A stretch of DNA of 64,000 nt from Candidatus Latescibacterota bacterium (lineage in GTDB: Bacteria; Latescibacterota; UBA2968; GCA-2709665): assembly GCA_965203805.1 (NCBI GenBank), contig OZ241917.1:2720001-2784000 (forward strand), given 5' to 3'. Positions within the stretch are counted from its first letter, which is position 1, and the number at the start of each line of letters is the position of its first letter. The position numbers and the translations under genes were made by a program. The notes below the pieces were generated by a model. That model searched no databases. It was given only the letters and a program-made list of their open reading frames with translations, and was not told the origin of the DNA. Positions 1 to 10,226 of this stretch are shown here, in pieces.

Positions 1-1578
1 GGAATATCTGAAGTCGATCTGGGGCTGAAACCGGTGCCGGATACCCCTCAGCCGTCCAATGTTTGGCTTAAAGATGCCATACAGCGCGGTACCGGTGGCG
101 AGACTGGCGTTGTAGGATTCCCGGCGCGTGCGCGCATCCTGGTTCAGACGCGAGGAGGACTGACTGACGTTGGCCCGATGGGCGAGATCCAGCCATCCGA
201 ATGGGCGGTGCTGGCCGCTGAGCCCGAACCGGGAGCTTAGCGTCAGGTTGTGCGTGTTGTCGGACTCGTCCTCGTTTCTTGTGAAGGCGTTCGTGAGGCC
301 GCCGGAAAGGTCGTAGTAGAACGCGTGGTACCAGTGGGCTTCCCGCGTTGTTTCAGGCTGGCCGAAAACACGACGCCTTCCCTGGCGGAACGACAGGCGG
401 GGAAATCCCTGAAACCGGTTCTGGTTCTGGTCGAGGTCCCGGTAGTAGTTGAGATTGATATCCAGGCTCCTTCTGGCTTCCGTCCAGCGCCTGTCCATGG
501 AAAAAGACGACCTGAGTTGTCGATTCAGATAACGATAGAGGTTGTTGGAATTGTGAAGGTCGAAACTGGAGCTGTTCGTAAAGTCCCCCCTGGCCCTCAT
601 GTTGAGCGTGGGATTCAGGCGGTGCTGATGGTGGAAGTTCAAACGCCAGGCGCGATGCGAATCACCCGACGGCCGCCGGCCCCGCTCAAAGGAAAGATTC
701 ATATAGCCGCTGAGTCGCCTGCGCACGGCGTAGTCGATGCCCGCGTCAAAGAGGAAACCGTTGCGCTCCCGCAGGGCCGTCTTCAACGTGGCGTCCCAGT
801 AGTCGCTGGGCGCCCAATAGTAGCCGATATTGCTTACGGTGATGCCGTCGCGGCTGTTGCTGCCGATGCGGGGCGTCAGAATTCCGGAACGCCGGCCCTG
901 CGTGAGCGGAAAGACGTAGAACGGCAGCCACATAATCGGGATCGGACCGACGCGAAAGGTAACGGAGCGTGCAATGGCCTTGTCGTTCTCAACCACCTTC
1001 AGCGCCTGGCACAAAAAGTCGTAGTGGGTGTGGTCTTTGTCGCAGGAGGACATGGAAATCGCGCGGGCGTGAAGTTCACGCAGGCGATCGAGGAGGATCT
1101 GCTCGCCCCGATAATATCGACGCCGGTGACGCGCCCGGCCACCTTGCACCCGGCCGCGGCCGGTCTCCAGGTGATAGACCATCGACGAACCGGTGAACCG
1201 CTCGCTGCCGCGGACGAACTCGGGCATTCCTATGGTTTTCGCCCCGGATGAATCCGGCAGAGCCTCGGCCTCCAGGCGCTTCGCATCCCGGTACAGGACG
1301 ATACGGCCGGCCCGCAGTTCCACGTCCTTATATTTGAGCGTGACGTTCCCCGTGAAGACGACGCGACCCGCTGCAACGTCCTCCTCAACCCGATCCGCCG
1401 AATACTCGTAAAGCATCGAGTCCATCGCGGTTGCCGCCGGACGGACGCGAGTCGGACCCGGTGCCATCTGCGCAAGCGCCGTACTGACAAGAAATGGCGC
1501 CAGGAACAGAAGCGCGCCGGATGCGCGGTGGATCGCCTTCAAGCGAGCAGTTGCAGGATGTATCGGATGCAAGTTCAT
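1..1578 (-). CDS. lptD: LPS-assembly outer membrane protein LptD (OstA), 3' end runs off the window
   Basis: Not in the ORF track because no stop lies in the window. Manual translation from ATG 1578 gives a signal-like N-terminus, then an OstA-type segment (YSADRVEEDVAAGRVVFTGNVTLKYKDVELRAGRI), SSCDKDHTHY, PIMWLPFYVFPLTQGRRSGILTP and NIGYYWAPSDYWDAT, all typical of LptD. Confidence 0.85.
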   Translation of the reverse strand, partial: MNLHPIHPATARLKAIHRASGALLFLAPFLVSTALAQMAPGPTRVRPAATAMDSMLYEYSADRVEEDVAAGRVVFTGNVTLKYKDVELRAGRIVLYRDAKRLEAEALPDSSGAKTIGMPEFVRGSERFTGSSMVYHLETGRGRVQGGRARHRRRYYRGEQILLDRLRELHARAISMSSCDKDHTHYDFLCQALKVVENDKAIARSVTFRVGPIPIMWLPFYVFPLTQGRRSGILTPRIGSNSRDGITVSNIGYYWAPSDYWDATLKTALRERNGFLFDAGIDYAVRRRLSGYMNLSFERGRRPSGDSHRAWRLNFHHQHRLNPTLNMRARGDFTNSSSFDLHNSNNLYRYLNRQLRSSFSMDRRWTEARRSLDINLNYYRDLDQNQNRFQGFPRLSFRQGRRRVFGQPETTREAHWYHAFYYDLSGGLTNAFTRNEDESDNTHNLTLSSRFGLSGQHRPFGWLDLAHRANVSQSSSRLNQDARTRRESYNASLATGTALYGIFKPNIGRLRGIRHRFQPQIDFRYS

Positions 1579-1757
1579 GTTCTCAAGGCGCCGCCTGTTT
1601 TCGCGAATGATCGAGAGGCATCCTGAAAAGACAGCGGCGACGCACCCCTGGAAGGACTCGGGGCGTAGAAGTTTTGCGACCTTGACGCCTGACTCTGCGT
1701 ACGCATCTACAGGCGCCGGACAGGAACGACACCGCGTTCGGTAGAAGACAAATGCAA

Positions 1758-1787
1758 TTGACTTTTTTGTGTATTTCACGTTATTTT
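1758..1787 (+). promoter_or_regulatory. Putative sigma70 promoter for tRNA-Leu
   Basis: TTGACT-18 nt-TATTTT in an AT-rich patch about 80 nt upstream of the tRNA. Confidence 0.45.
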
Positions 1788-1869
1788 AGGCGGTTGCGCT
1801 ATCGCACGACTTCGCTTTGAAATGATGTGCAGTGCGGGTGATTTCGAAGGGTAACGCGCTGTAATTCAT

Positions 1870-1955
1870 GCGGAAGTGGTGGAATTGGCAGACACGTCAG
1901 ATTTAGGATCTGGTGGGCATTGCCCGTGGGGGTTCGAATCCCCCCTTCCGCACCA
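1870..1955 (+). tRNA. tRNA-Leu (anticodon TAG)
   Basis: Acceptor stem GCGGAAG/CTTCCGC, D-loop GGAATTGGCAGAC, anticodon arm TCAGA-TTTAGGA-TCTGG, long variable arm, T-loop GGTTCGAATCC and an encoded CCA. Confidence 0.96.
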
Positions 1956-2132
1956 GTGTTGAAGCCGGTCGGCGGGCTCCGAAGGCTCGGGCCGTGCGCT
2001 GCTGCACTTCCGGCGCACGGCTTTCCCATTGTACCGACGGAATGCAGACCGGCCCGCAGCATCGGGTGATTTTATCAATATTCCGTTTTTCGGAAAGTGA
2101 GTCAAGCCGAATTCCGGCGATTCGAACCTCAG

Positions 2133-2347
2133 CAGCCCGTTGAAAAAGTCCATGCGGGCTGCCCTGCCTGGCCGGCAGACAGGCGCCCGGCCCTTGTGAC
2201 CGAATGACAGCGTTGCCTGCCTGCGCCAGCCAACGCGCGGCAGGCAGGCGCTTTCTCCCCGAATCCGGGGATTCGCGTCGGTCGCGCGCCTTGTCCTCGG
2301 CCACAGTGACTCGGCCTCGTCCGCAGAGCGACTTTATTAACGGACTG
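2133..2347. mobile_element. MITE (215 bp) with 18-bp imperfect TIRs and TCAG target duplication
   Basis: Left end CAGCCCGTTGAAAAAGTC (2133-2150) matches the reverse complement of 2330-2347, CAGTCCGTTAATAAAGTC, at 15/18. TCAG flanks both sides (2129-2132 and 2348-2351). Confidence 0.7.
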
Positions 2348-2360
2348 TCAGGGAGCGACG

Positions 2361-3647
2361 ATGGATCAACTTGCATTCTTGACCGAACAAAAAATCCGTG
2401 AGATCGGACGCCGGTTCGGCACGCCTGTCTTTGTCTATGACCAGGCGACTTTGGAGGCTCGGGCGAGGGACGTGCTGGATTTTCCGCATGCCTTTGGATT
2501 GACCGCCCGGTACGCAATGAAGGCGTTACCGACAGCGGCCGTTGTGCGGATTCTCAACGGGGCGGGGTTGCACATCGATGCCAGCAGCGGGTACGAAGTG
2601 GAGCGGGCGATGCGGGCCGGCGTACCTCCCGAGCAGATCCAGCTTACCGCTCAGCGGACGCCCGCAAATCTGGAAAGCCTGGTGAAACAGGGCGTCAGGT
2701 TCAATGCCTGTTCTCTGCAGCAGCTGCGGGACTACGGGGAACTGTTTCCCGGATGTTCCCTGACCGTTCGAATGAACCCCGGTCTGGGATCCGGCCATAG
2801 CAGGAAAACCAATGTGGGCGGTCCATCCGCCAGTTTCGGAATCTGGCACGAGCATCTGGATGACGTACTGGCAATTGCCGAGGCGTGCAGCTTGAGGATT
2901 TCGAGTATGCATACCCACATCGGTTCAGGCAGCGATCCCGAGGTCTGGGAGCACTGCGCGATGATCTCTCTGCGCATCGCTGCCAACCTGCCGGAGGTGG
3001 AAGTGCTCAGCCTTGGAGGCGGATTCAAGGTGGGACGCATGCCAGGGGAGGCGTCTACCGACCTGAAACGGATCGGTACGCATGTCATGGAAGCGTTTCG
3101 TGCCTTTCGAAGCGAGCATGGGCGCAGGCTACGGCTGGAGGTCGAACCCGGCACCTTCCTGGTAGCCAATGCTGGAGCGCTGATCTGTTCGGTGATCGAT
3201 TGTGTCGATACGGGCGGGGACGGGTACGAGTTCCTGAAGGTGGATGCCGGTATGACCGAACTATTGCGCATCAGCCTTTACGGTGCGCAGCACCCGATCA
3301 TGACCGTGCCCGCGCGGCCGGGGTCGCGGCGGCAGAGAGAATACCTGGTTGCCGGACATTGCTGCGAGAGCGGGGACGTGCTGACGCCGGCCCCTGGGGA
3401 TCCCGAGGGATTGCAGCCCCGCCTGCTTGCCGAAGCGAGGATCGGCGATCTGCTGGCGGTGGGCGGGTCCGGCGCGTACTGTTCCGGCATGGCGTCGAAG
3501 AATTACAATTCGTTTCCCGAGGCCGCAGAGGTTCTGCAGGCTTCCGACGGCACGCTGCACCTGATTCGGAAACGACAAACGCTTGAGCAGATCACGGCGA
3601 ACGAGGTGATGCCGGACCTGCCGGATACCGGGCCCGGCCGCCTCTGA
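2361..3647 (+). CDS. lysA: Diaminopimelate decarboxylase
   Basis: GTPVFVYD, YAMKA (PLP lysine), HIGSG, LGGGF, EPG, CCESGD and GAYC motifs. Confidence 0.93.
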   Translation: MDQLAFLTEQKIREIGRRFGTPVFVYDQATLEARARDVLDFPHAFGLTARYAMKALPTAAVVRILNGAGLHIDASSGYEVERAMRAGVPPEQIQLTAQRTPANLESLVKQGVRFNACSLQQLRDYGELFPGCSLTVRMNPGLGSGHSRKTNVGGPSASFGIWHEHLDDVLAIAEACSLRISSMHTHIGSGSDPEVWEHCAMISLRIAANLPEVEVLSLGGGFKVGRMPGEASTDLKRIGTHVMEAFRAFRSEHGRRLRLEVEPGTFLVANAGALICSVIDCVDTGGDGYEFLKVDAGMTELLRISLYGAQHPIMTVPARPGSRRQREYLVAGHCCESGDVLTPAPGDPEGLQPRLLAEARIGDLLAVGGSGAYCSGMASKNYNSFPEAAEVLQASDGTLHLIRKRQTLEQITANEVMPDLPDTGPGRL

Positions 3648-3786
3648 ACGCGTCACGTTTCTCAACCCAGGCGCGTTCCCCTGAGAAGACTGCCTGCCGA
3701 ATTTCCGTCCGACCCGCGTGCGGACAATCCACTCCCATCGTCAGCGGCTACTTCCCTTCAGGGAACGAAAGTGCATCCGTGATTTC

Positions 3787-5649
3787 CTACGCTTCCGGGA
3801 CCCTGTAGCTGTAAACGTGAGACCCGCTGCCGAAATAGATGCGGCCGTTGAGGATGTCTCCTCCCGGACCGATGGGCACGGGCGATTCCGCCAGCAACCG
3901 GATCGCGTATGTTTCGGGTTCCACGATGGCGATACCCTTCGTGAAGAGGATGTAAACGGCGCCGTCCGGCGCGGTGACGAACACCCTCGGGCCCTGTTGG
4001 GACGTTGTGGGACCGAACTCGGCTCCGAGCTCTTTCCGGTGGACCACCCTACTGGCTCCGGGATCGAAGACGAAAAAGCGCCTGCGGTCGACCACGCCGT
4101 AGACGACGCCATTCGGCCCCGAACACATGTCGGTGTACCCCTGCGCGCCGGCAAACACCGCGGCGTGCCAGTCGAGCCGCTTCGTTTCCATATCCATGAT
4201 ATAGAGTTCTGCTTCACGGGCTTTCTGTTCGCCGCCCGTACCGGCACTGGTCGTGGTGCCCCCCAGAAGCTTGCCATCGGGCAGGGGCGCCAGGCTCATT
4301 GTGGATTGGTCGGGCAGGATGTCGGTATGCTCGAGCAGGGTGTGCTCGCGGGTCTGCCTGTCCCAGAACAGCATCCCGCCGCCTGTCAACCCGTATCCGG
4401 GGGTACCGGCAAGCACGACGGTTCTCCCGTTCGGATGGGCAAGCAGCATGTGAGGCCGGTTGATGACCTCGTGGCATTCGTATAGCAGATCCGGATTGCA
4501 GCCGGCCTTGCCACGCTCGGTGTGTACCCACGGTCTGCCCGGGTCCCATTCTTCAAGCAGTCCGTGGGTGTATGCGCCAATGAAGAACATGCCGCCTTCT
4601 CTGGCGACGGTATTCCACTGCCCCAGTGCCGGACGATTGGTCCAGGTATCGGTTTCCGGATTGAAACTGAAGAAGTGCATGGGAAAGGCGGTTCCCCCGC
4701 AGACGGTATTGTCGGGAGCCGTCGCAACACCCATGATGTGGGCGCCTTCGCTGGAATAGTCGAATGAAACCCGGCGAGTGTTGCCGGAACGGGGATCCTC
4801 CACGGCCAGAATACGGTCCACCAGGCTGCATTCGACCATGCGTTTGCCGTCGGGAAAATCGGTGTGGAAGAGGCCCTGGCTGCCGGCGATAAAGGGCTTC
4901 TCACGTCTGTTTTCGATCCTGCCGACATCCGTTCTCACACCTCGATACAGTTCCATCCAACCGTCCTCGGATCCGCCGCTTGTATGCCCGTAGACCCTTC
5001 CGTTCAGGTCACGGTACACCGGCGCGTGGGCCTGGCTTCGCTCGCTTTCGACAAGGAGAGGTTCCGCCTTTCCGGTTTCCGGATCCAGGGAAACAATCTG
5101 ACTGGCGGTGCTGCCGATGCCGAAATAGACCCAACCGGTATCGTCGGCCGCGATCGCCCTGGGATACTGACGCCAGTTCTGGTCGTAGAGATTGCCGAAG
5201 TCGCGGAACTCCCCGGTCCGGGGGTTGTAGGATGCCACCGCGCTGTTCGGATACGTTCCGGACCAGATGCGGCCGTCGTCATCCTCGGTCATGCTCATGG
5301 CCATCTGCGGCACGGTCTTGTGATGGAAGGTGAATGCGCGCTCTACGGGGTCGAATTCCACAAAGTGGCTGTTGAAGTGGGTGTAGTACCTGTTTCGGCT
5401 GGACAGGATGGCCGCGAAGGGTCCGTCGCCGCCCGGCGGATACGGCATGGGGAATTCTTCGCTCTTGCCGGTTTCCGCATCGATCATGAGAAGTGCGTAT
5501 CCGCCGCGGTGGTCGTAAAGCCAGATCAGAACGACATTACGGCCCTCGCCGTCCGCCGTTACGGCCGTGCCGCGATGGTTGCTGATCGGGGTGGCGACGC
5601 CGTGATGAAAAAAGCCGTTTCCCATCGCTTCGGTATTGGAATCAGACAT
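3787..5649 (-). CDS. Hypothetical beta-propeller protein (620 aa)
   Basis: Long ORF with repeated blade-like motifs (DDDGRIWSGT, DDTGWVYFG, LPDGKLLGGT, APDGAVY). Confidence 0.7.
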   Translation of the reverse strand: MSDSNTEAMGNGFFHHGVATPISNHRGTAVTADGEGRNVVLIWLYDHRGGYALLMIDAETGKSEEFPMPYPPGGDGPFAAILSSRNRYYTHFNSHFVEFDPVERAFTFHHKTVPQMAMSMTEDDDGRIWSGTYPNSAVASYNPRTGEFRDFGNLYDQNWRQYPRAIAADDTGWVYFGIGSTASQIVSLDPETGKAEPLLVESERSQAHAPVYRDLNGRVYGHTSGGSEDGWMELYRGVRTDVGRIENRREKPFIAGSQGLFHTDFPDGKRMVECSLVDRILAVEDPRSGNTRRVSFDYSSEGAHIMGVATAPDNTVCGGTAFPMHFFSFNPETDTWTNRPALGQWNTVAREGGMFFIGAYTHGLLEEWDPGRPWVHTERGKAGCNPDLLYECHEVINRPHMLLAHPNGRTVVLAGTPGYGLTGGGMLFWDRQTREHTLLEHTDILPDQSTMSLAPLPDGKLLGGTTTSAGTGGEQKAREAELYIMDMETKRLDWHAAVFAGAQGYTDMCSGPNGVVYGVVDRRRFFVFDPGASRVVHRKELGAEFGPTTSQQGPRVFVTAPDGAVYILFTKGIAIVEPETYAIRLLAESPVPIGPGGDILNGRIYFGSGSHVYSYRVPEA

Positions 5650-5963
5650 CGGATTGCCTCCGTTGAGTTTCCGTACGGGCTCGGGTAGCGGACGGTTCAG
5701 ATGGAAGGATAAATCGACCGGGGCAAATATAATATCCGGACACCGACAGAAAAACCAAAATAGGCGGACGGTTGCTGATGACCCCGCGTCCGTCTACGGA
5801 TTCAGGATCGGGGTATCCCGGGTCGCATTTGCAGGGAGAACGGCCCGTAGATCCCTAAAACGACGTGGGCCCGCCGCGGGCGGTGGCAGGGAGGGATTGC
5901 GCTACCGGGGATGGTCGGGCGCACGCTTCGATACGACGTTCGCGGAGGCCGCAGCAGTTCAGT

Positions 5964-7160
5964 TCACCCTTGCAGCCGGACCCACTTTCCCACGATACGG
6001 CTCAGCCGCCGCGCGCGGACCCGCCCCACGAGGGGGTATACAGGAAGGAACAGGAGTTGGGGCCACATCGCCAATACGCGGGTTGGCGCCTGGTCCGGCA
6101 GATTCCGGTTTGGCGGAACGACGCAAAGAGACGGTGGCCACAGATGTGCGTCAAAGCCGGCGTCCCAGAGTTTCCGGCACAGGTCCGCGGCGTTTCCGGC
6201 ACGGACGACGAAGAGCCAGTAGGAGTGGTCCGCACGCCGACCCGGATAACAGAGTTCCGGTATGCTTCGGTGGAACGCCGTCGCCTCCGTACGGCAGCCT
6301 GTGCGCTCCAGTGCATTGGAGCGCAGTCTCCTGGACAATAAATGCAAAAGGGCGCCGCATGGTTGACGGCGGATTTTCTTGAGCAACTCCAGCCCCCGGA
6401 AACCCCTGGTAGCGCGGTAACTCACGGCATCGTGCGACAGGCCCAACAACCGGCACGCGGCGCATAGAAGCGTATAGGGACCGGGCCTGTTGAGCAGGAG
6501 AACGACGCCGTATTTCACGAGGCGTATGAAGAACCGCGCCTTGCCCTGGACCGGATAGCTGCGATGCAGCCGCCCGACCTCGCCTCTAAGGTCGGGATCG
6601 CGCACAAAGAGCAGGCCGCCGCCCAACGCGGTATTGTATTTGATCGGGCCGAAGCTGAACATGCGCACGTGGCTCTCCGGATGTCCTGTAAAGTCGTCAC
6701 CCCGATAGGCCTGGGCGCAGTCCTCAAACAGCACCAGGCCATGCTTCCTGGCGAAGCCTACCAGGGGATCCATGGAGATGCGGGCGCCGAACAAATGGGT
6801 GGCCAGCAGCGCAACGGCTCTTGGCGTAAGCCCGTTGTTCAGGCTGTCCGGATCGGGTTCGAGCGTTTGGGGATCCAGATCGACCGGAACGGGCACGAGA
6901 CCGTGGCTCCGGATGATTTCGAGTATGTCGGGGATCGTGACGGCGGACACGAGGACGTGCGACCCGCGCGGAAAACGGGCCGCCTGGAGAACGGCATCGA
7001 AGCCGCTGCGAAGCGAAAGAAAGAAAAGGGCCTCGTCCGGATTGCCGATGCTTTCGCGGCAGGCAGCGTGCCCTTTCGCACGGCGGTCGCCCGAGAGGCA
7101 TTGGCCCATTCCGAAGAGCAGGTCGCGCCAGCCGATATCCAATCTCTTTCGAGGAATCAT
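5964..7160 (-). CDS. DegT/DnrJ/EryC1/StrS family PLP-dependent aminotransferase
   Basis: THLFG, EDCAQA and FSFGPIKxxTALGGG motifs. Probable start is MIPRKRLD at 7160. Confidence 0.85.
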   Translation of the reverse strand: MIPRKRLDIGWRDLLFGMGQCLSGDRRAKGHAACRESIGNPDEALFFLSLRSGFDAVLQAARFPRGSHVLVSAVTIPDILEIIRSHGLVPVPVDLDPQTLEPDPDSLNNGLTPRAVALLATHLFGARISMDPLVGFARKHGLVLFEDCAQAYRGDDFTGHPESHVRMFSFGPIKYNTALGGGLLFVRDPDLRGEVGRLHRSYPVQGKARFFIRLVKYGVVLLLNRPGPYTLLCAACRLLGLSHDAVSYRATRGFRGLELLKKIRRQPCGALLHLLSRRLRSNALERTGCRTEATAFHRSIPELCYPGRRADHSYWLFVVRAGNAADLCRKLWDAGFDAHLWPPSLCVVPPNRNLPDQAPTRVLAMWPQLLFLPVYPLVGRVRARRLSRIVGKWVRLQG

Positions 7161-7514
7161 GGTCGATTCACTCGTTCGCCTGCGCGGTCGGGCAGTTGAG
7201 GAGGGTGTTGGGGAACCGATTCCACATGAACCGAGCGCTCTTTCGGGTAGAGCCTGAACTTCAGGCGCTGATAACTTGCATATCCTCAATGTCTGCGTTC
7301 TTACATTTTTACATCCTCCATAATACCCACATCCTGTTGCATACTGCAACACGTTAATTGACTTCGATATTGTGACGCCGAGGACGCCGGGGGGCGCTAT
7401 CAATGTTTCGTATCCGTGGATAGAAGGCGCGCGTTTCTTCCCGTGCTTCGTCCTTGTCCCGGGAGAGCGTCGTAGACGATTGCCCGTGCGAGGGCATCTG
7501 TGCGGGTCGTGCCA

Positions 7515-8342
7515 TCAGGCGGGATCCTGTTCACTGGGCGTTTCGACCGGCTTCGCTTCGCGCTGCGCCATTTGATTGAACCACCACAAACCGGCCACGG
7601 CCCCGACGATACCGCTCACAAACAACCACCAGGGAAGGAACTCTACAACATGCCAATCCTCGATAGGTCGGAATAACTCCATACGCACCGATATCAACGA
7701 CAGAAAATTGTTCAGCGCGTGACCGAACAACGCGGGCAGCAAGGAACCTGTGTGTATGACCCACCACGCAAATACGATACCCAGTATCATAGATACCGGA
7801 AATTGCCAGGGATTCATATGGAGCACGGCGAACAGTAACGCGGACCACAGAATGGCACGCCTCCGGGTACCATGGGCTAACAACCCGCCCAGAATGACGC
7901 CTCTGCAGAGGACCTCCTCGGTAAGCGGCGCTTGAATCGCCAGGACATAAAACGCAAGACCAAATGGTGTTTTACTGCCCATCAAATCAAGAAACACGTC
8001 GAGTATTACTTCGGGGATTGGAATCAGATATTGTACGAAGCTTGCAAGGTTGGATGAGAAAATGCCCAATCCCACGATCGAGACGGAAACGGGTAAGTAC
8101 ATTTTCCACGGAACTGTCTTGAAAAGCAGGATGTCGGACCACGGCCGACGGGATCGACGTTGCGCATATAGCACGATCAGACCAACGGCGGGCAGATTTA
8201 CAATCAATTTCAGGTAATCGAAGATCCGTGTCGCATTGCCCGACGCGACGCCGAGGAAATGAAGCACCAACCCCAATGCGTTCATTGCTACGAAAAGCAG
8301 GACCACCAACCAAACGGATTGCTTCAAATTCGGATAGGCCAT
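7515..8342 (-). CDS. CPBP (CAAX/Abi) family intramembrane glutamic endopeptidase
   Basis: EEVLCRG, FAVLH and GHALNN motifs; multi-pass hydrophobic; starts MAYPNLKQ after a strong RBS. Confidence 0.9.
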   Translation of the reverse strand: MAYPNLKQSVWLVVLLFVAMNALGLVLHFLGVASGNATRIFDYLKLIVNLPAVGLIVLYAQRRSRRPWSDILLFKTVPWKMYLPVSVSIVGLGIFSSNLASFVQYLIPIPEVILDVFLDLMGSKTPFGLAFYVLAIQAPLTEEVLCRGVILGGLLAHGTRRRAILWSALLFAVLHMNPWQFPVSMILGIVFAWWVIHTGSLLPALFGHALNNFLSLISVRMELFRPIEDWHVVEFLPWWLFVSGIVGAVAGLWWFNQMAQREAKPVETPSEQDPA

Positions 8343-8426
8343 TGATTTCCTCCCTTTCAAGCGGTCAGATGTTCGCACATCTGACGATCCGGATTCCCGG
8401 CGAGGGTCGTCGTCGGGGTTCCGTCA

Positions 8427-9254
8427 TCAGAACTGTTCCCGACCTTCCGGCGTCGCGACCTGTGTGCCTCCGCGCATGGACATCCCATTAAACCACCACA
8501 GTCCGATCAGGGCCAGAATCATGCCGGAACCATGCATCCACCAGGGAAGCATCATACCGGCGCTGACACCATCCGTGGATCCGAGGACGCCAAGATACGA
8601 GGCCGTCACGATCAGAAAGTTGTTCAGCGCGTGTCCGACGATGGCGGGCAGCAGGGAGCCGGTTTGTACGACAATCCATGCGAATACGATCCCCAACAGA
8701 AAAGCGGCGGGAAACTGCCATGGATCTATATGGATAATTGCAAACAGCACCGCCGACCAGACGATGGCTCGAGCCGGAGTCCGGTGGGCCAGCAGGCCGC
8801 CAAGTATAACGCCTCTGAAGAGGACTTCCTTTAAAAGCGGCGCCTGAATCACCATGGTATAAAATCTAAGCGGAAAGGGCTTCTCCTTCCTGGCCCGATC
8901 CCCGACCACATCGAGCATTCCTTCGGGCGGGGATATCAGGTGCCGCAGCAGGTTACCCAGGTCCGATCCGACGATTGCCAATCCGACGACGGCCACGACA
9001 AGCGGAATGTACAATTGTAACGAAACGGCCTTGAACGGCAAGATTTCGGACAAGGTCCGATCGGTTCGACGCTTTGCGTAAAGAACCGCCAGGATGAATC
9101 CGGTCAATATCGAGAGCTGGACGACGTATGGATTCTGGTTTAACTCCTGGCCGACAATCATGCCATGGACGGCAAACGGCACGGTGATTGTCAGGCTGAA
9201 CAGGAAAAACAGCACCACGAGCCATACGGATTGCTTCAAATTGGGATAGGCCAT
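8427..9254 (-). CDS. CPBP family intramembrane protease paralog (first catalytic Glu replaced by Lys)
   Basis: KEVLFRG, FAIIH and GHALNN motifs. Confidence 0.88.
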   Translation of the reverse strand: MAYPNLKQSVWLVVLFFLFSLTITVPFAVHGMIVGQELNQNPYVVQLSILTGFILAVLYAKRRTDRTLSEILPFKAVSLQLYIPLVVAVVGLAIVGSDLGNLLRHLISPPEGMLDVVGDRARKEKPFPLRFYTMVIQAPLLKEVLFRGVILGGLLAHRTPARAIVWSAVLFAIIHIDPWQFPAAFLLGIVFAWIVVQTGSLLPAIVGHALNNFLIVTASYLGVLGSTDGVSAGMMLPWWMHGSGMILALIGLWWFNGMSMRGGTQVATPEGREQF

Positions 9255-10081
9255 CTATTCCCTCCTCTTTTGGACGTCGTTTGCGGCAAATCCATATATC
9301 CGAATACCAGTGCGGTCGGGGAGTGTTCGTTATCGTCCATTGAATCGACATTCACGAACCGGGAACGGTCGGCGGACTTCTCGCTTTCACCATACAGGCA
9401 ATTTCCTTGCAGGGAACGGGTCATGTCTCCTCTCGCGATCGTGAACGACCCGAATCGACGTGCAAGAAACAGGCCAGACTTGAGAAATATGGCAACTTAT
9501 CGTCTATAACCTGAATAATTCACCTAGACAGGAACTTACATGGATGGACAGGATGAACAGGATAAAGACCCAGAGCAGGACAAATGCTCACGATTCCGGG
9601 CCAAACCGATGGATCCTTACCTCCGTGGACAACGAAACATGCCCCTGACCAATCACTTTCGTAATTCATGAAATGCTGACGCGTGATATTTCGCAGAATC
9701 TATTGAAAAACAACCCGTTATACATCAAGACCAGGGTTTTCGTGAATAATCCGCCGTAAATCGTTTAATTGAAGGATTCCGAATCGAAGGGTGCCCGGAG
9801 GTGTCGCAAAACGCGCCTGACTGCCGCGACGTGTATTCCAAATATGCGCGTGCGGAGGGACATAATTTGCGGTACGTGAAGAGATTTGGTCGGCAATCGA
9901 GGGGGCGTGCAAAAAAGCGATGCATTCTGCATCACGGGACGCGTTCTGCAACGATCGGCGCCGGTCGGAAACCGCTTGGAATCGCCAGGGACCGGGAGAC
10001 ACACAAAAAAAATCCCGCTCCATCCCCTCGCCATTCAGTGATGAACTTTCCGGCGGCACCCCGATTAAAGGGTGCCGGGCA

Positions 10082-10223
10082 GTGTCACCACTCACGCAGC
10101 TTTGAGGATGCGGGAAGGTCCTGCGTATTCGCCGGGAACGTGGGAGCTACCCATGCCCCTTTGAGTCGGCTGTTGTATTCGGCAGGCTACCCGACATACG
10201 GGTACTGCCCGAGTGGTGACAAC
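10082..10223 (-). ncRNA. Candidate structured non-coding RNA (about 140 nt)
   Basis: 11-bp perfect closing stem (TGTCACCACTC/GAGTGGTGACA), extensive internal pairing, a sigma70 promoter directly upstream and a GC hairpin directly downstream. Confidence 0.6.
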
Positions 10224-10226
10224 CCG

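Noticed and set aside
250-1251. 333-aa plus-strand ORF
   Set aside because: Antisense shadow of lptD on the minus strand; no recognisable motifs.
1870-2360. tRNA-Leu as an integration site for an island
   Set aside because: No integrase nearby, I saw no duplicated tRNA 3' end, and lysA follows directly.
5964-7160. DegT aminotransferase as a tailoring enzyme of the peptide cluster
   Set aside because: Separated by about 350 bp including an AT-rich promoter-like stretch, with no glycosyltransferase or other link; adjacency alone is insufficient.
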